Shown here piece by piece: positions 31,033 through 42,400 of a DNA stretch of 64,000 nt (positions within the stretch are counted from its first letter, which is position 1; each line of letters starts with the position of its first letter). Origin of the DNA: a virus; IMG/VR virus record IMGVR_UViG_650716025_000004; one strand, given 5' to 3'. The notes beneath the pieces are model-generated. The model searched no databases and was not told where the DNA came from. It was given only the letters and a program-made list of their open reading frames with translations. Position numbers and translations under genes: made by a program.

Positions 31033-34000
31033 TCAAATAATATTTTACCATCCTTAGTAAATGTAATTTGTCTACCCGACATATGATGTATTTCTAATTG
31101 CCCTCCGCCTGTTTTAATACATGCAAGGGCTTTTAATGCGTCTGTTTGCGTAGTGTCCCAAAAATCTATTTGTGCATTTGAATCATTGTTCACATATATT
31201 TGAACTCTCTTTTTATCATGTGTCTCATTAAATTCACCCATATTTGCATACCATACTTGACAACCGCCTGGAGTTTCTTCTTTACTTACATTTCCAATGA
31301 ACATTTGAGGTCTTCCTCTTTTATCCCCCATTTGAATATAGCTTCCATACTCTCCATTACCACTGTATAATGCTAATCTTGGGTTCTTTACATCTTCACC
31401 AAAAACCATTTGTGAGATTCCTTGTCTTTCCATAGGATTTTTATTTGTATCAGCTGTTAATGTTATACTTGGGTCTCCTTTGGTATTAAATAATTTTACT
31501 ACTCCCGCTGACTGACCTCCATTCTCATTATCTTTTGCTGAAATAAGCACATTTTTTTTGTTATTAGTACCAAATAACTCCATAGTTCCTGCGTCATCGA
31601 ATCTCTTAATTCCCAAAAATACACGTTGTTTTTTTTCTACTTGGTTAAATAATCTAATATGTCCCCCCTCATATCTATCATTTTTTATAGCGCCTAATAA
31701 TACATTAATCGAATCTTTTTCTTGCCCATTTATTCTAATAGTACCACCATTATCATTACCTAATAGTGATATAATTTCATTTTCTTTATTATTATTTATA
31801 ATAATCTTACCACTCTTGTCATTCCCAAGTAGCGAAACTATATTTTTTGTATCCTTATTTTTTATATTTATTATACCAGTATCTTCGTTTTTAAGAATTC
31901 CTAGTTCTAACCTTTCTCTACTATTATCATTTTCAGTGATAAATCCTTTTGATACTTTATCAGCATTAATACCACTGAAAATTTTCATAAATCCACCGCT
32001 ATATTTATTGCTAGGAGGCGATCCAAGAAATACATTGGTGTTTCCATTCCAATCATTAACTAGTAATTTGCCACCCTTTTCCTTGTCCTTATATGCATCC
32101 AATAGAATAACTCTATTCTCTTCAGGCTCTAAGTCCCATTTATTTTTTGCTTTCCATTGTTCCAAATGTCTTGTTACCCTTAATCTACCATCGAGTCGCA
32201 TATCACCATTTTCATCACAGTATATAGCATCTTGTCCATTTTCATTAACTATTTTGATTTTACCATTATCTACAGCCAATCCTTTATCATTTAACTCGGT
32301 GTTTGTATTAATTACATGAAATGACTTAGCGTATATTTCTCCATCCATATCTAGCCACAATAAATCTCTCCAATCAGATACTTTGTCATCTCTCTTTTGT
32401 ATCTTAAATCCAATTTCAGGGTTCATATAAATTCTATTTAATAAGTTTTTTCTTAACAAAGACAAATCCATATTGATAGCTTTCATATGGTTACCATCAA
32501 CTAAGAATGAACTTTCTCCTTTATCATTCATGTTGGTTATTATTAATTTGTTTGAACCTATTACTTTGCCGTATAAAGCAGGAGCACAAATTCCTTGTGG
32601 ATTTATTGCCACTGAACAACTATTCCAACCGTCTTGAGTGAAAGCCAAGGTGTTATTAACGAGTCTTAATTGCTCATTATCATCAAACATATCTTTCATT
32701 TGTATCCCGCGTTCATCAATTTTTATATTTTGATTCCTAGCACTTAATACTCTATTTTTTGAGCTATCTAAGGCATCATTCATAATTTTAGATATTAAGT
32801 CAGTATTTTTACCACTTAAATCCCACTTATGCTTAAACATATCAATAGTATTATTTGCATCATTAGCCATTTTAGCAATATCACTTATATACTTAATATC
32901 ATCATCTAGTTCTTTTTTATTTGATATGGTTAATTGTAAGTCACCTTTATCTATTCCATGTGATATCTTTACTATTTTAGCTTCAACATATAAATCAAAG
33001 TCATCATAATAGATATTAACAATATCACCTATATTAACTTTATCCCAGTCTTTTTGACACTCTACTATGTTAAGGAAATCAACCATTTCTATTTCAAATT
33101 TTATTGAAGGTTTGCTTAATTTCTTTGATGCTTTCAATCCTGCTTCATATAATTCATTGGCATTGTCATAGTTTTTATTTTCCCATACTCCTTCTTTAAC
33201 AAAGTTATCAAGTACATTTAATTGTGTCTTTGTAAAATTATTTTCTTTAGCTAGTTTCTTTCTTAATGTTTCTATATCTTTTTTCCTATTATCAATATCC
33301 GCCTCTACGGATTTTAATTCTTTTTCTTTATCCTTTATTTGTTTATCAACTTCTTCAATTTTCTTGTTATATTCAGTTAAATCAAATGCATGTATATCAG
33401 AAAAATCTATATCTATTCCATCTTCAGTATGTACTCCGTCCCCTGTACTTTCAGAATACTTTACATGATGAGTTTTGTGTTGTATCTCAACATCCTTTAT
33501 ATCTTCCTTCTGAGTTTTTTTCATATTTAAATCTACAATTTGATTGCCAATTTCTATTACTTTTTCTTCAAATGTTTTCAACTCTTGAAGATAATTATAA
33601 AACTTAGGATATTCATTTTTTAATACTTGATCGTACTTATCTAAAGCATCTAGTAAATCATAACTCATGTATTTAGGATTCCTATAGTAACTATAATCTT
33701 CAATATACTCAGTACCTAGTGGATTTACACTTGCAATAGATAAGTTCTTGTTGCCATACACTCTTAATCTTGTAATTACTTCATCGTTAATAGTTTCTTT
33801 CTTAATTTGTTTCAAGTAGTTTTCTTTAGAAATATATAGTCCTTTATTCCTACAAAAGTTATTTATACTATATATATTAAACTTTTGATTTATGGTATCT
33901 ACATCAACTATGCACTGAAATAAATCAGTAATTTTTTTGTATATTATTTCTAACCAAACGCCATTTTTTATATCAAACGTTTTATATTTTCTATGATTCT

Positions 34001-34796
34001 GACCCTTGCTTCTATCTTCACGAACTTCAGGATCAATATAACCTATTGTCCATGATGTTTCTTGTTCAAGTAGATTTAATAGTCCTTCACCTGTTTCAGA
34101 TACGATTTTCATTTCTACATTAATCTTTTTATTGAATACATCTGATACTTCATGTGTAATGTGCAAACCCTCAAATTGCTTATATTCGTCACCTGAATTC
34201 CATACATATTCATTTAACAAATTACCAAAATTATCATATAACTTAATAAATACATTTTTACCTTTTTGAATTTCAAATGTATTACTATAGTTATTCCATG
34301 TGTTACCGTCTAAACTATATTTGATACTGCACACAGTTGTTTCATGTCCATCTTTATATAATTGTCTAGTGCCTTGTAACTTAGGTAAATATCTTTTAGT
34401 TAATAGAAATTCTCTACTATAAGCATGAATATGTTTTGTATTAAATTCACTAGCTATATCACTTACACTATTAATAACAAACATTATTTTATTGTTTACT
34501 TTTAAAAATAGATGATCGTGAGTTTCATCCCAATTATAATTTTTAATTTGTTCATATTGTGAGTTTATGTAAAATGGTAAATCAAATTCTAACTCATCAA
34601 CTGCATTTATATATTGATTAATTATTACATTGTATGCTTCATCTAATATAGCCAATTCTTCACCATTAGGCTTACATAATATTATCTCAAGCCCTTCTCT
34701 TGCATTATCTTTATCTAAATCTATATATCCTAAATTAAGTAACTTGTCGCTTTCTTCTTTTGTTATTAGTTTTCCATCAAAATAAATTTTACTCAA
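31029..34796 (-). CDS. Tail-associated Tal/endopeptidase-like hub protein
   Basis: Follows Dit; ITRLRVYG...NPLGTEYIEDYSY motif, coiled coil, beta-repeat C-terminus. Confidence 0.75.
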   Translation of the reverse strand: MSKIYFDGKLITKEESDKLLNLGYIDLDKDNAREGLEIILCKPNGEELAILDEAYNVIINQYINAVDELEFDLPFYINSQYEQIKNYNWDETHDHLFLKVNNKIMFVINSVSDIASEFNTKHIHAYSREFLLTKRYLPKLQGTRQLYKDGHETTVCSIKYSLDGNTWNNYSNTFEIQKGKNVFIKLYDNFGNLLNEYVWNSGDEYKQFEGLHITHEVSDVFNKKINVEMKIVSETGEGLLNLLEQETSWTIGYIDPEVREDRSKGQNHRKYKTFDIKNGVWLEIIYKKITDLFQCIVDVDTINQKFNIYSINNFCRNKGLYISKENYLKQIKKETINDEVITRLRVYGNKNLSIASVNPLGTEYIEDYSYYRNPKYMSYDLLDALDKYDQVLKNEYPKFYNYLQELKTFEEKVIEIGNQIVDLNMKKTQKEDIKDVEIQHKTHHVKYSESTGDGVHTEDGIDIDFSDIHAFDLTEYNKKIEEVDKQIKDKEKELKSVEADIDNRKKDIETLRKKLAKENNFTKTQLNVLDNFVKEGVWENKNYDNANELYEAGLKASKKLSKPSIKFEIEMVDFLNIVECQKDWDKVNIGDIVNIYYDDFDLYVEAKIVKISHGIDKGDLQLTISNKKELDDDIKYISDIAKMANDANNTIDMFKHKWDLSGKNTDLISKIMNDALDSSKNRVLSARNQNIKIDERGIQMKDMFDDNEQLRLVNNTLAFTQDGWNSCSVAINPQGICAPALYGKVIGSNKLIITNMNDKGESSFLVDGNHMKAINMDLSLLRKNLLNRIYMNPEIGFKIQKRDDKVSDWRDLLWLDMDGEIYAKSFHVINTNTELNDKGLAVDNGKIKIVNENGQDAIYCDENGDMRLDGRLRVTRHLEQWKAKNKWDLEPEENRVILLDAYKDKEKGGKLLVNDWNGNTNVFLGSPPSNKYSGGFMKIFSGINADKVSKGFITENDNSRERLELGILKNEDTGIINIKNKDTKNIVSLLGNDKSGKIIINNNKENEIISLLGNDNGGTIRINGQEKDSINVLLGAIKNDRYEGGHIRLFNQVEKKQRVFLGIKRFDDAGTMELFGTNNKKNVLISAKDNENGGQSAGVVKLFNTKGDPSITLTADTNKNPMERQGISQMVFGEDVKNPRLALYSGNGEYGSYIQMGDKRGRPQMFIGNVSKEETPGGCQVWYANMGEFNETHDKKRVQIYVNNDSNAQIDFWDTTQTDALKALACIKTGGGQLEIHHMSGRQITFTKDGKILFD

Positions 34797-34808
34797 GTTT
34801 CCACCGCC

Positions 34809-35603
34809 TTATATTGTAATTGGATAAGAACATCTGAATATAACATCCACATCCCCTACCACCTTAATTCTATTTATCCCCTTAACTAACTTAAACCAAT
34901 TTTTATTAAAGTTAGACAATCTATATACTTTATTACCTTTGAAATCTTTCTTATCAGACTCTATTTGTTTCATTTGATTATTAATGTATATAGTTTCTCC
35001 TTTGTCTATATTGTTAAAGATAAGTTCTTCACCACCATTAGTTAAATTTACTAGTTTAAAACTTGTATCTTCACTATGTACTTGGATCTCAGGATAATAA
35101 TATTTAGATATATTGCTTAAATTATTGATTTCTATAATATCACTTATGGCTTGTTTATGATTATATTGTTCAATATATGTAGGTGAGAATGGATACGGAG
35201 CATTACATTTCATAGTAACAGTTATATATCCATGAAATAATCCATTATCAAATCTTGAACCGTCATCTATGGGAGTACAATAATATATTACTTCTGGATT
35301 ATCTAATGATAAAAGAGGTGCATAATAATCAGTATATAACCATTCAGCTATCTTCTTTCTTTCTTCAAAAGTCCACTCTAAGTCATCTTCATTTATCTTA
35401 CCTATAGTCATTTTAAAAGTTAAACATTCTTTTTCAAAACCATTAAAGTAAGGTATATCTCTTCCATTAATCTGCTCTTCTTGTATATTTCTTTTAATTC
35501 CAAAGGGGCTTTCTTTCATTCCACTTGTATCCACTGATATACAACTAACTCCCATAGTATCAGAACTTATTCCGTTGTATTCAAATTGTTCCGATAAAAA
35601 CAT
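34809..35603 (-). CDS. Distal tail protein (Dit)
   Basis: FEYNGISSDTMGV...CNAPY...WFKLVKGINRIKV; downstream of the tape measure gene. Confidence 0.75.
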   Translation of the reverse strand: MFLSEQFEYNGISSDTMGVSCISVDTSGMKESPFGIKRNIQEEQINGRDIPYFNGFEKECLTFKMTIGKINEDDLEWTFEERKKIAEWLYTDYYAPLLSLDNPEVIYYCTPIDDGSRFDNGLFHGYITVTMKCNAPYPFSPTYIEQYNHKQAISDIIEINNLSNISKYYYPEIQVHSEDTSFKLVNLTNGGEELIFNNIDKGETIYINNQMKQIESDKKDFKGNKVYRLSNFNKNWFKLVKGINRIKVVGDVDVIFRCSYPITI

Positions 35604-35706
35604 AATTTACACCTCCTTTTTAAATTTAATATATTAATTTTGAAAATTTAAAGTCCATACTTTTATATAACAAAAACTCCCAATATCATTAAATACTAGG
35701 AGCTTA

Positions 35707-36126
35707 CTATTCTTCGTAATATGAATTATCTTCGAGTATTGATGTTAAATCCTCAAAAATAAACTTATCTATTTGAATATTTCTCAATGTACAAGAAGCA
35801 ATACCTAATGTTAATTGTATAGCTTGTTCATTGGTTAAATCTAATTCAATGCCATTTATTCCAAGAAATACCTTAGCTACTGTTAGTCCAACTCTTTTAT
35901 TGCCATCTCTAAAACAATGTCCTTTAATGAAAAAATACATTAACATAGACGCCTTATTAAATATTGTTGGATACTTTTCGTAACCAAATGATGGATATTG
36001 TTGTGACAATATACTTTGTACTTTCCCATCAGTATTATCAAAATGTCCTAATTCCCCGCCAAATTCTTCAATAGTCTGTTGATGTATCAAAAAAATATCT
36101 TCTTTATCTAACGTTTCAATTATCAT
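35707..36126 (-). CDS. Doc/Fic-family toxin (cassette 4)
   Basis: HCFRDGNKR Doc motif. Confidence 0.9.
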   Translation of the reverse strand: MIIETLDKEDIFLIHQQTIEEFGGELGHFDNTDGKVQSILSQQYPSFGYEKYPTIFNKASMLMYFFIKGHCFRDGNKRVGLTVAKVFLGINGIELDLTNEQAIQLTLGIASCTLRNIQIDKFIFEDLTSILEDNSYYEE

Positions 36127-36135
36127 AATAGTTTA

Positions 36136-36375
36136 TTATTTTGCTAATTCTTTCATTGCTCTAGCATATTTTTTATTGCATTTTTTTATAGCTTCTAGGA
36201 CTTTTTTCTTGTTAGATTTTACATATTGGTTTGTATGTTTTCTTTCTACTACCATTTCCATATTCATTTCTCCCTCTGTTAACGAATTAACACCATCGTT
36301 TTGTTTGCATACCTTTTTCAGCTTGTCCAAGCCTATCTTAACGAACTTTGAACTTGTCCAACGTTGTATCTTCAT
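36136..36375 (-). CDS. Putative Doc antitoxin with MKIQRWTS leader (cassette 4); second start near 36261
   Basis: C-terminal KYARAMKELAK resembles Doc-antitoxin tails; two SD+ATG. Confidence 0.7.
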   Translation of the reverse strand: MKIQRWTSSKFVKIGLDKLKKVCKQNDGVNSLTEGEMNMEMVVERKHTNQYVKSNKKKVLEAIKKCNKKYARAMKELAK

Positions 36376-36585
36376 ATTACCACTCCTTGTCCCTATTTTC
36401 AATAAATTTATGGTAAAATATATAATATTGTGTTATATTTTTTACTTAGATATAAATAAGTGATATTCCGGAATGTATTTGTAAATTATTTACATAATTA
36501 TATTTTACCATAAATTGGTTATAAGTAGTAATGATATTATTTTATATAACAAAAACTCCTAATATCATTAAATACTAGGAGTTTT
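36350..36585 (-). repeat. Shared TA-cassette head module, copy at cassette 4
   Basis: Same block order. Confidence 0.88.
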
Positions 36586-37081
36586 ATTCTAAAACTGCAT
36601 ACATTCCTTTACACCCATCTAGTTCCCAAGCTGGTAAAATATTTACATCCTCTGGAAATTCTAAAAATTTAAACTTATCTTTATAAAAGCTAATAGCACT
36701 AGGTACTGAAAATAACATAACATATTTGATTCCTACTTCTTTCTTTAACTCATATATAGATTCTAAAATATAGTTAAGTATTGCTGATCCATACCCTTGT
36801 CTTTCATATCTATAATCTACAGCTAACCTTGAGATCTCTATAGCGGGATAAACTTTATTCATATTGTCAACACGAAATTGCATAGCATTGCATTTTATTG
36901 TATAGTAACCTATTACATCATCTTCACCCACTAAAAGAAAGGTGTTTCCTTCACCCATTCTATCACACGTTATAGCCTCACATTTTAAAAAACTCTCCAT
37001 AGGCTTGTCTTCTATTTTACATTGAAAATCGCCAATGGGTAAAAAATGTTTATCATCTATTCTTTCTATTGTTAATTCCAT
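36584..37081 (-). CDS. GNAT acetyltransferase toxin (cassette 5)
   Basis: PAIEISRLAVDYRYERQGYG acetyl-CoA motif; AISFY..F.F. Confidence 0.85.
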   Translation of the reverse strand: MELTIERIDDKHFLPIGDFQCKIEDKPMESFLKCEAITCDRMGEGNTFLLVGEDDVIGYYTIKCNAMQFRVDNMNKVYPAIEISRLAVDYRYERQGYGSAILNYILESIYELKKEVGIKYVMLFSVPSAISFYKDKFKFLEFPEDVNILPAWELDGCKGMYAVLE

Positions 37082-37083
37082 AT

Positions 37084-37350
37084 TTATTTAACCCTTCTAA
37101 TTATGATTCCCTTCATTTGCTTTTTACGTTCCTCAATAGATTCTTTTGTAATAGTAGGTTTTTTTAATGCTTCTAACATTTGTATTGCTGATTCACCCTT
37201 AATTACTGGAATTGTTGCCATTGATACTGCCATTATTCTCATCCTCCCACTCTCTTTTATATGTCTATATTGATTAATGTGATATACTCTTTTTAACTTG
37301 TTCAAATCTACTTTTATAGATTTTGAACTTATCCACTTCTTTATATTCAT
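37084..37350 (-). CDS. Putative antitoxin with MNIKKWISS leader (cassette 5); second start at 37233
   Basis: SD ggggagtgag at 37350; SD gggagg+ATG at 37233. Confidence 0.65.
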   Translation of the reverse strand: MNIKKWISSKSIKVDLNKLKRVYHINQYRHIKESGRMRIMAVSMATIPVIKGESAIQMLEALKKPTITKESIEERKKQMKGIIIRRVK

Positions 37351-37550
37351 TTTACCATCTCACTCCCCTATTTACAATATTTTAGTAAAATTTTATCCAT
37401 AATATTCTTTATATTATCCATAATTTTATAAAATTTGGTTAAAATATATTATTTACATAATTATATTTTACCATAAATTGGTTATAAGTAGTAATGATAT
37501 TATTTTATATAACAAAAACTCCTAATATGGTTGAATACTAGGAGTTTTGT
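37325..37550 (-). repeat. Shared TA-cassette head module, copy at cassette 5 (divergent)
   Basis: 37450-37550 nearly identical to 36487-36585. Confidence 0.75.
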
Positions 37551-37927
37551 TTGTCTGAAGCAATTCTTTGTTCTGTATATTGTTCTAACACATAATCGTG
37601 GAATAACTTTTCAACTGTATCTAAGTCACTGGGATGCAAATCCCCTTTCTTTCTCTCGAACATATCTATAGGTAAATACATACTTTTAGAAGCTCTAGCT
37701 GTGGATTTCATTTTCAGTTTAGCCTCTTTCCAATAAAATATTCTATAATCAAATTTATCTCTAGGTTCATGTTTAGTCACTTTAATGCTTAACACACCTA
37801 TCTCTTCATCATTTTCTTGTAGCACAATAACAGGACGTGGTTTTAATACAGGTTCATCTTCAAATGGAAATAGGGCATACCAAACCTCTCCTCTTTTCGG
37901 ATGTTTATTTTGTTTCGCTTCTGTCAT
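37538..37927 (-). CDS. PemK/MazF toxin (cassette 6)
   Basis: KRGEVWYALFPFED...KPRPVIVL...VLSIKVT; likely start MTEAK overlapping the antitoxin end. Confidence 0.85.
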   Translation of the reverse strand: MTEAKQNKHPKRGEVWYALFPFEDEPVLKPRPVIVLQENDEEIGVLSIKVTKHEPRDKFDYRIFYWKEAKLKMKSTARASKSMYLPIDMFERKKGDLHPSDLDTVEKLFHDYVLEQYTEQRIASDKQNS

Positions 37928-38132
37928 ATATATCGTCCCATTCATCTTCATCATTCCATTCATCGTCTTGAGAAATAATAGGTCTTCCCTTTGCATCTAT
38001 TTTTATATTTCGCATTAGCATTTCTTTCAATGCAAATTTATTAATTCTTAAGCAATTTTCCATTTTAGCTCCCCCATTTCTTATATAAAATGCCCTTTTA
38101 ATCTGTGAACTTGTCCACTTCTTTATTTTCAT
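37905..38132 (-). CDS. Putative antitoxin with MKIKKWTS leader (cassette 6); second start at 38063
   Basis: Acidic W-containing tail DDEWNDEDEWDD; two SD+ATG. Confidence 0.7.
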   Translation of the reverse strand: MKIKKWTSSQIKRAFYIRNGGAKMENCLRINKFALKEMLMRNIKIDAKGRPIISQDDEWNDEDEWDDIYDRSETK

Positions 38133-38340
38133 ATTACCACTCCTTATCCAACTTTTCAATGAAATTTTGGTAAAATATATGATATTATGTTATATTTTTG
38201 TATTTGTGCATCTAATAATTTTATATTTTTTATGCAAATTATTTACATGTTTATATTTTACCATATATTGGTTATAAGTAGTAATGATATTATTTCATAT
38301 AACAAAAACCCCTAATATCGTTGAATACTAGGAGTTTAAA
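38108..38340 (-). repeat. Shared TA-cassette head module, copy at cassette 6
   Basis: Same block order. Confidence 0.85.
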
Positions 38341-38683
38341 AATGTTGTTTGACAATTCTATTGATAACTTTATCAAAATCCTCATCTGTCATAACACCAA
38401 TCTTTTTATACAATTTATTAGATGGAATCTTGTACAATTTATTGACTTTTACAAATGACATTTTATCAAGCCCAGCTTCTTTCCACTTAACTATAGGTTC
38501 TTTGAACTTATCAAAGTGTCTTGGTGGGTCTTTAGGTTTTGCACTAGTTATTTCAGAAATAGTGTACGAAGTTTCTTTATCAGTTACATTTTTATTAATT
38601 ATTATGATAGGTCTGTTTTTTGCTTTCTCAATTTTATCTTCATAATAAATACGAACTATATAAATATCTTTAATATCTGCCAT
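38336..38683 (-). CDS. PemK/MazF toxin (cassette 7)
   Basis: DIYIVRIYYED...KNRPIIII...EITS...AGLDKMSFVKVNK. Confidence 0.85.
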   Translation of the reverse strand: MADIKDIYIVRIYYEDKIEKAKNRPIIIINKNVTDKETSYTISEITSAKPKDPPRHFDKFKEPIVKWKEAGLDKMSFVKVNKLYKIPSNKLYKKIGVMTDEDFDKVINRIVKQHF

Positions 38684-38693
38684 ATATTAATAC

Positions 38694-38918
38694 CTATTCT
38701 TCATCCTCATACCAATCTTTATGATTAGGATTATTAGAATCTAATTCCACCATATTGTCCTTACCTGTTAACAAGGTAAGTTTAGCACTAATTTTATCTA
38801 GTGCTGATTGGATTTCTGGAGTTTTATGAAATACTACTTCCATATTATCTGCTCCTCTCTTATGTATCTTTAACTTGTACACCTTTTTATTAAAACTTGT
38901 CCAACGTTGTATTTTCAT
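38694..38918 (-). CDS. Putative antitoxin with MKIQRWTS leader (cassette 7); second start at 38843
   Basis: Tail DWYEDEE; SD agaggag+ATG at 38843. Confidence 0.7.
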   Translation of the reverse strand: MKIQRWTSFNKKVYKLKIHKRGADNMEVVFHKTPEIQSALDKISAKLTLLTGKDNMVELDSNNPNHKDWYEDEE

Positions 38919-39070
38919 ATTAACACCCCTACCTTATTTTTCAATAAAAATTCTGGTAAAATATATGGTACTATGATATATTTTTCTACTTAAATATAAT
39001 TCACCAATATTTTAGATTGTAATTGTAAATTATTTATACAATTATATTTTACCATAAATTGGTTAGGGTT
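38895..39070 (-). repeat. Shared TA-cassette head module, copy at cassette 7 (no terminator part)
   Basis: Similarity ends after ttttaccataaattggtt. Confidence 0.8.
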
Positions 39071-39185
39071 TGTAATAATATTACATACATAAAGCAGCGT
39101 GGATACTTAACATAAAATCACAGTTTTATTTACTTATCTTTTTGTAATATTAATTTATACATAATAAAAAGATAGCTATATAAAA

Positions 39186-39278
39186 CTATCTAAACGAACT
39201 AAGTAAAATTGTTATAGATTGTACCAAGCTTATCCAAAACATAATTTTAATCGCCAAAAATTTTACTTTTTTGTACAC
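39186..39278 (-). CDS. Candidate type I toxin peptide (30 aa, not in the ORF track)
   Basis: GTG start, SD gggggaggtg, MYKKVKFLAIKIMFWISLVQSITILLSSFR; anti-SD at 39357-39366; TTGACT-17-TAGTAT promoter about 140 nt upstream. Confidence 0.55.
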   Translation of the reverse strand: MYKKVKFLAIKIMFWISLVQSITILLSSFR

Positions 39279-39486
39279 AAAAACACCTCCCCCTCTTGCA
39301 TGTTAACAATCTTTTAAATTAATAAATTTAATAAATTATTTACCTTTCCGCAAAATGGGAGGTGTTATCTTATTTACCGTAACGGTGTTATTTTATATTT
39401 GTTTAATTTACATTATATTTATATACTACAATAATTTATAATTTAAGTCAATATTTTTATATAAAATAATATAATAAATATTTACA

Positions 39487-42400
39487 TTAGCTAAATGCTC
39501 TATAAATACCTACTTTATTCATTTCTTGTTTCATTCTTGTGATAATGCCGTTTCCTGCATCCTTAATTTGAGGTATAGCACCCTTATCTAAATTTCCTTC
39601 AACATTAATAAGATTATCAATTTTAAATTCAACAGGTTGTCGTTTATCTGCATTAACATTAGGTAAATTAATTTTAGGTAAATTTATCTTAGGTTGTTGT
39701 ATGAATTTAGATATATTAGGTAGATAATCTTTTATATCTAACATAGCTTGTGTTTGGTCTGCATTTAGAACTAATTCTGGTTTTGTGTCAGTACCATCTA
39801 ACCAGTGAAATCCTGTACTTGTATTCAATCCACCATCTTTATGTTTTTTATATTTACCTATTAACTCTTGGGCTTGTTTCCTCAAATCAGCTTCAGCCTT
39901 TGTATCACCATTTCTTTGTGCTTCTAAGAACTTTTCTATTAATGCCTTATATTCTTTAGTTTCGTAGATATTGTCCCACTCATATACGCCTTTTTCTATA
40001 TTACCAAAATGAGTTATTTCAGTAGGTTTTTCTGTATCACCCATGATATAATCTTCATCATATCCTACTGCTTTCTTCCATTTTTTCTTATCTGATAGCG
40101 TATTGAAATGTTGCATTAAGTCTATAGCATTTTTTAAATTGTCACATATTTTTTTCTTAATCGTTTCGCCCATTACACCAAATATCTTTTCACTATCTTC
40201 ACCATATTTAATTAAGAAATCCTTAAGTGTATCAAAGTTATTCTGCATAAGCATTTCTCTTGCTTTAGCGTATAAATTTTCTTTCTTGAGTTTTTCTTTA
40301 TTCGCTCTCTCTAATGCTTTAACTTCCCTATCATATCTTTTTTTAGCTTCTTTGTATTTCTTGTTTTCAGTATCTATCTTATCCTTAATATTCTTCTTTT
40401 TAGAATCTAGCTCATCTTTAAGACTTTTCTTTCTTAAAGTAATATCCCTATCATGTTGAAATTGCTTAATCTCTTCATCTTTCTTCTTGATCTGCTCTAA
40501 TAAACTTTCTCTCTTTGCTTTAGCTTCCAAAGAGGAGTCCATCAATAAAGCATCACGTTGAGATTCTAATTTAGATTTTTCTTTTTGCTTTTTATTTAAA
40601 TCTTTATCATACTTGTCTTTAGATTCTTTATTATCAATTTCTTTAATCTTAGCATTATAATCTTCTTCATAATGCCTTAGCTCATCATTCCATAGTTCTA
40701 TTTTTTTGTTGTGTTCATCTTCAAATATTTCTAGTGCAGTTTTACTACCATCTTTAATAAGTTTTAATTGTTCATCGTTAAGATTTTTTGCTAATAATAA
40801 TTCTTTAGCTTTCTTTTCTTTAGCTAGTTCTAATTCTTTCTCATATTGTTTCTTTAAAGCACCAACTATTTTATCTTGCATATTAGACAACTCATCAAGT
40901 TGAGACTTTCTGATTTCTTCTAACGTTTCTAACGTTTGTTGTAAGTTTTTATTACTTTCATTAATCTTACCTTCGTACTCATCTAATAAGCTATTTAATA
41001 AATTCCATTCTAATGTATTTTCTTGCAGTGCGTTTCTTTGCCTAGTAATCTCGTTTCTAACGCCTATCATTTGAACTAAATAAGATTTTTGTTGTGATAT
41101 TAGTTGACCTGTTAGTTGTGCCTTTTTAATATAGTCTACATTTTCTTTTTCATAAATATTAAAAATATCTAAATTTGCTTGCGCTAAATCTATTTGCTTT
41201 TGCTCTAGTCTTAATTGCTCATCGTAACTAGCTTTTTGAATTTCAACTCTTTCCTTAATAGTAGCATTTATTTCTTGTTCCATTTTTAATTCGTCTTGCG
41301 CCGATTTATTAAAAAGCTCCTTAGTGCTTTCATAGTCTTTTCTCATTTCTTGAAACATTTTAGAACCCTTGTCATATGCTTCTTTCCACTTCTTAGCTTT
41401 GTCACCACCACCGAAATCAATTTCTTTGCCATAATGTTCGTTGTATAGTTTATCCCATTGCACAGAATTCAATTTAGATAAATCTTTTCCTTTCATCCAA
41501 GACCATCTTGTCCAAATTTCTTTTTGAATTGCTTTTGATTTTTCATTAGCCTGACTTTGCGCTGATTGCAATTTTTTTACTTTAATTCGTTGTTGGTCTA
41601 ACTTAGCATTTTCCTCATCTATGATTTGGGCGTAGTTAGATTTTGATTCTATTGATTGTAAATTAGCTATTCTTTGAGTAATATTAGTTATATTTTTATC
41701 CGTTTGTTCTATAGAGTTATTTATTGTTTTAATAATACCATCTATTTCATTCAAGGCTTGTCCTGCAAATTTATATTTAGTATTATCTGTATGATATTTT
41801 GATTTACTACCACCTCGTCCACGTGTAGAATGACCTCCAGAACCAACTTTAGAAAAATCGGCTGATTCCCATTTTGAATTTTTTATCTTGTTTTTAGTAT
41901 CATCAATATCTTTTTCCATTATTTCTAAAGCTTTGATATATCCTTCTAATTGCTTTATATCACCCAATTTTTTCGCAAGGTCTTGTTCGCCTTCTGCTGA
42001 CAAATCACCAGCTTTCCAACTTAAAAACTGACCTTTCATACTTTCATTCATTTTTTGCATAGCCTTTTTCATACCAGTGATACCCATTCCGGCTTGTTTA
42101 ATCCACTGTTGACCTATATTACGAGTTAATATTCCATTTATTTTTTGCTTCGTTAACGCTATAGACTTAAAGTTATCAAGATCAATATTATATGCGCTTG
42201 CTATATTTTTAAATGCTGTTTGATGCTTTGCATAAACTTCTGCACAAAATGTACTATTCATTTCTAGTTTTGCGCCTATAGCATTTAGAGCATTTTGTTT
42301 TTCTTGACTTACGACTCCTTGCAATTTTTTATACAATGTCTTTTCATCATTTAAATAAGGTATTAATTCGCTATGTTTATCTATAATTTCTGCCAAGCTT

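Noticed and set aside
31558-32319. 253-aa + strand ORF and the many other antisense ORFs in the track
   Set aside because: Shadow frames of long opposite-strand genes, with no SD or recognisable motif
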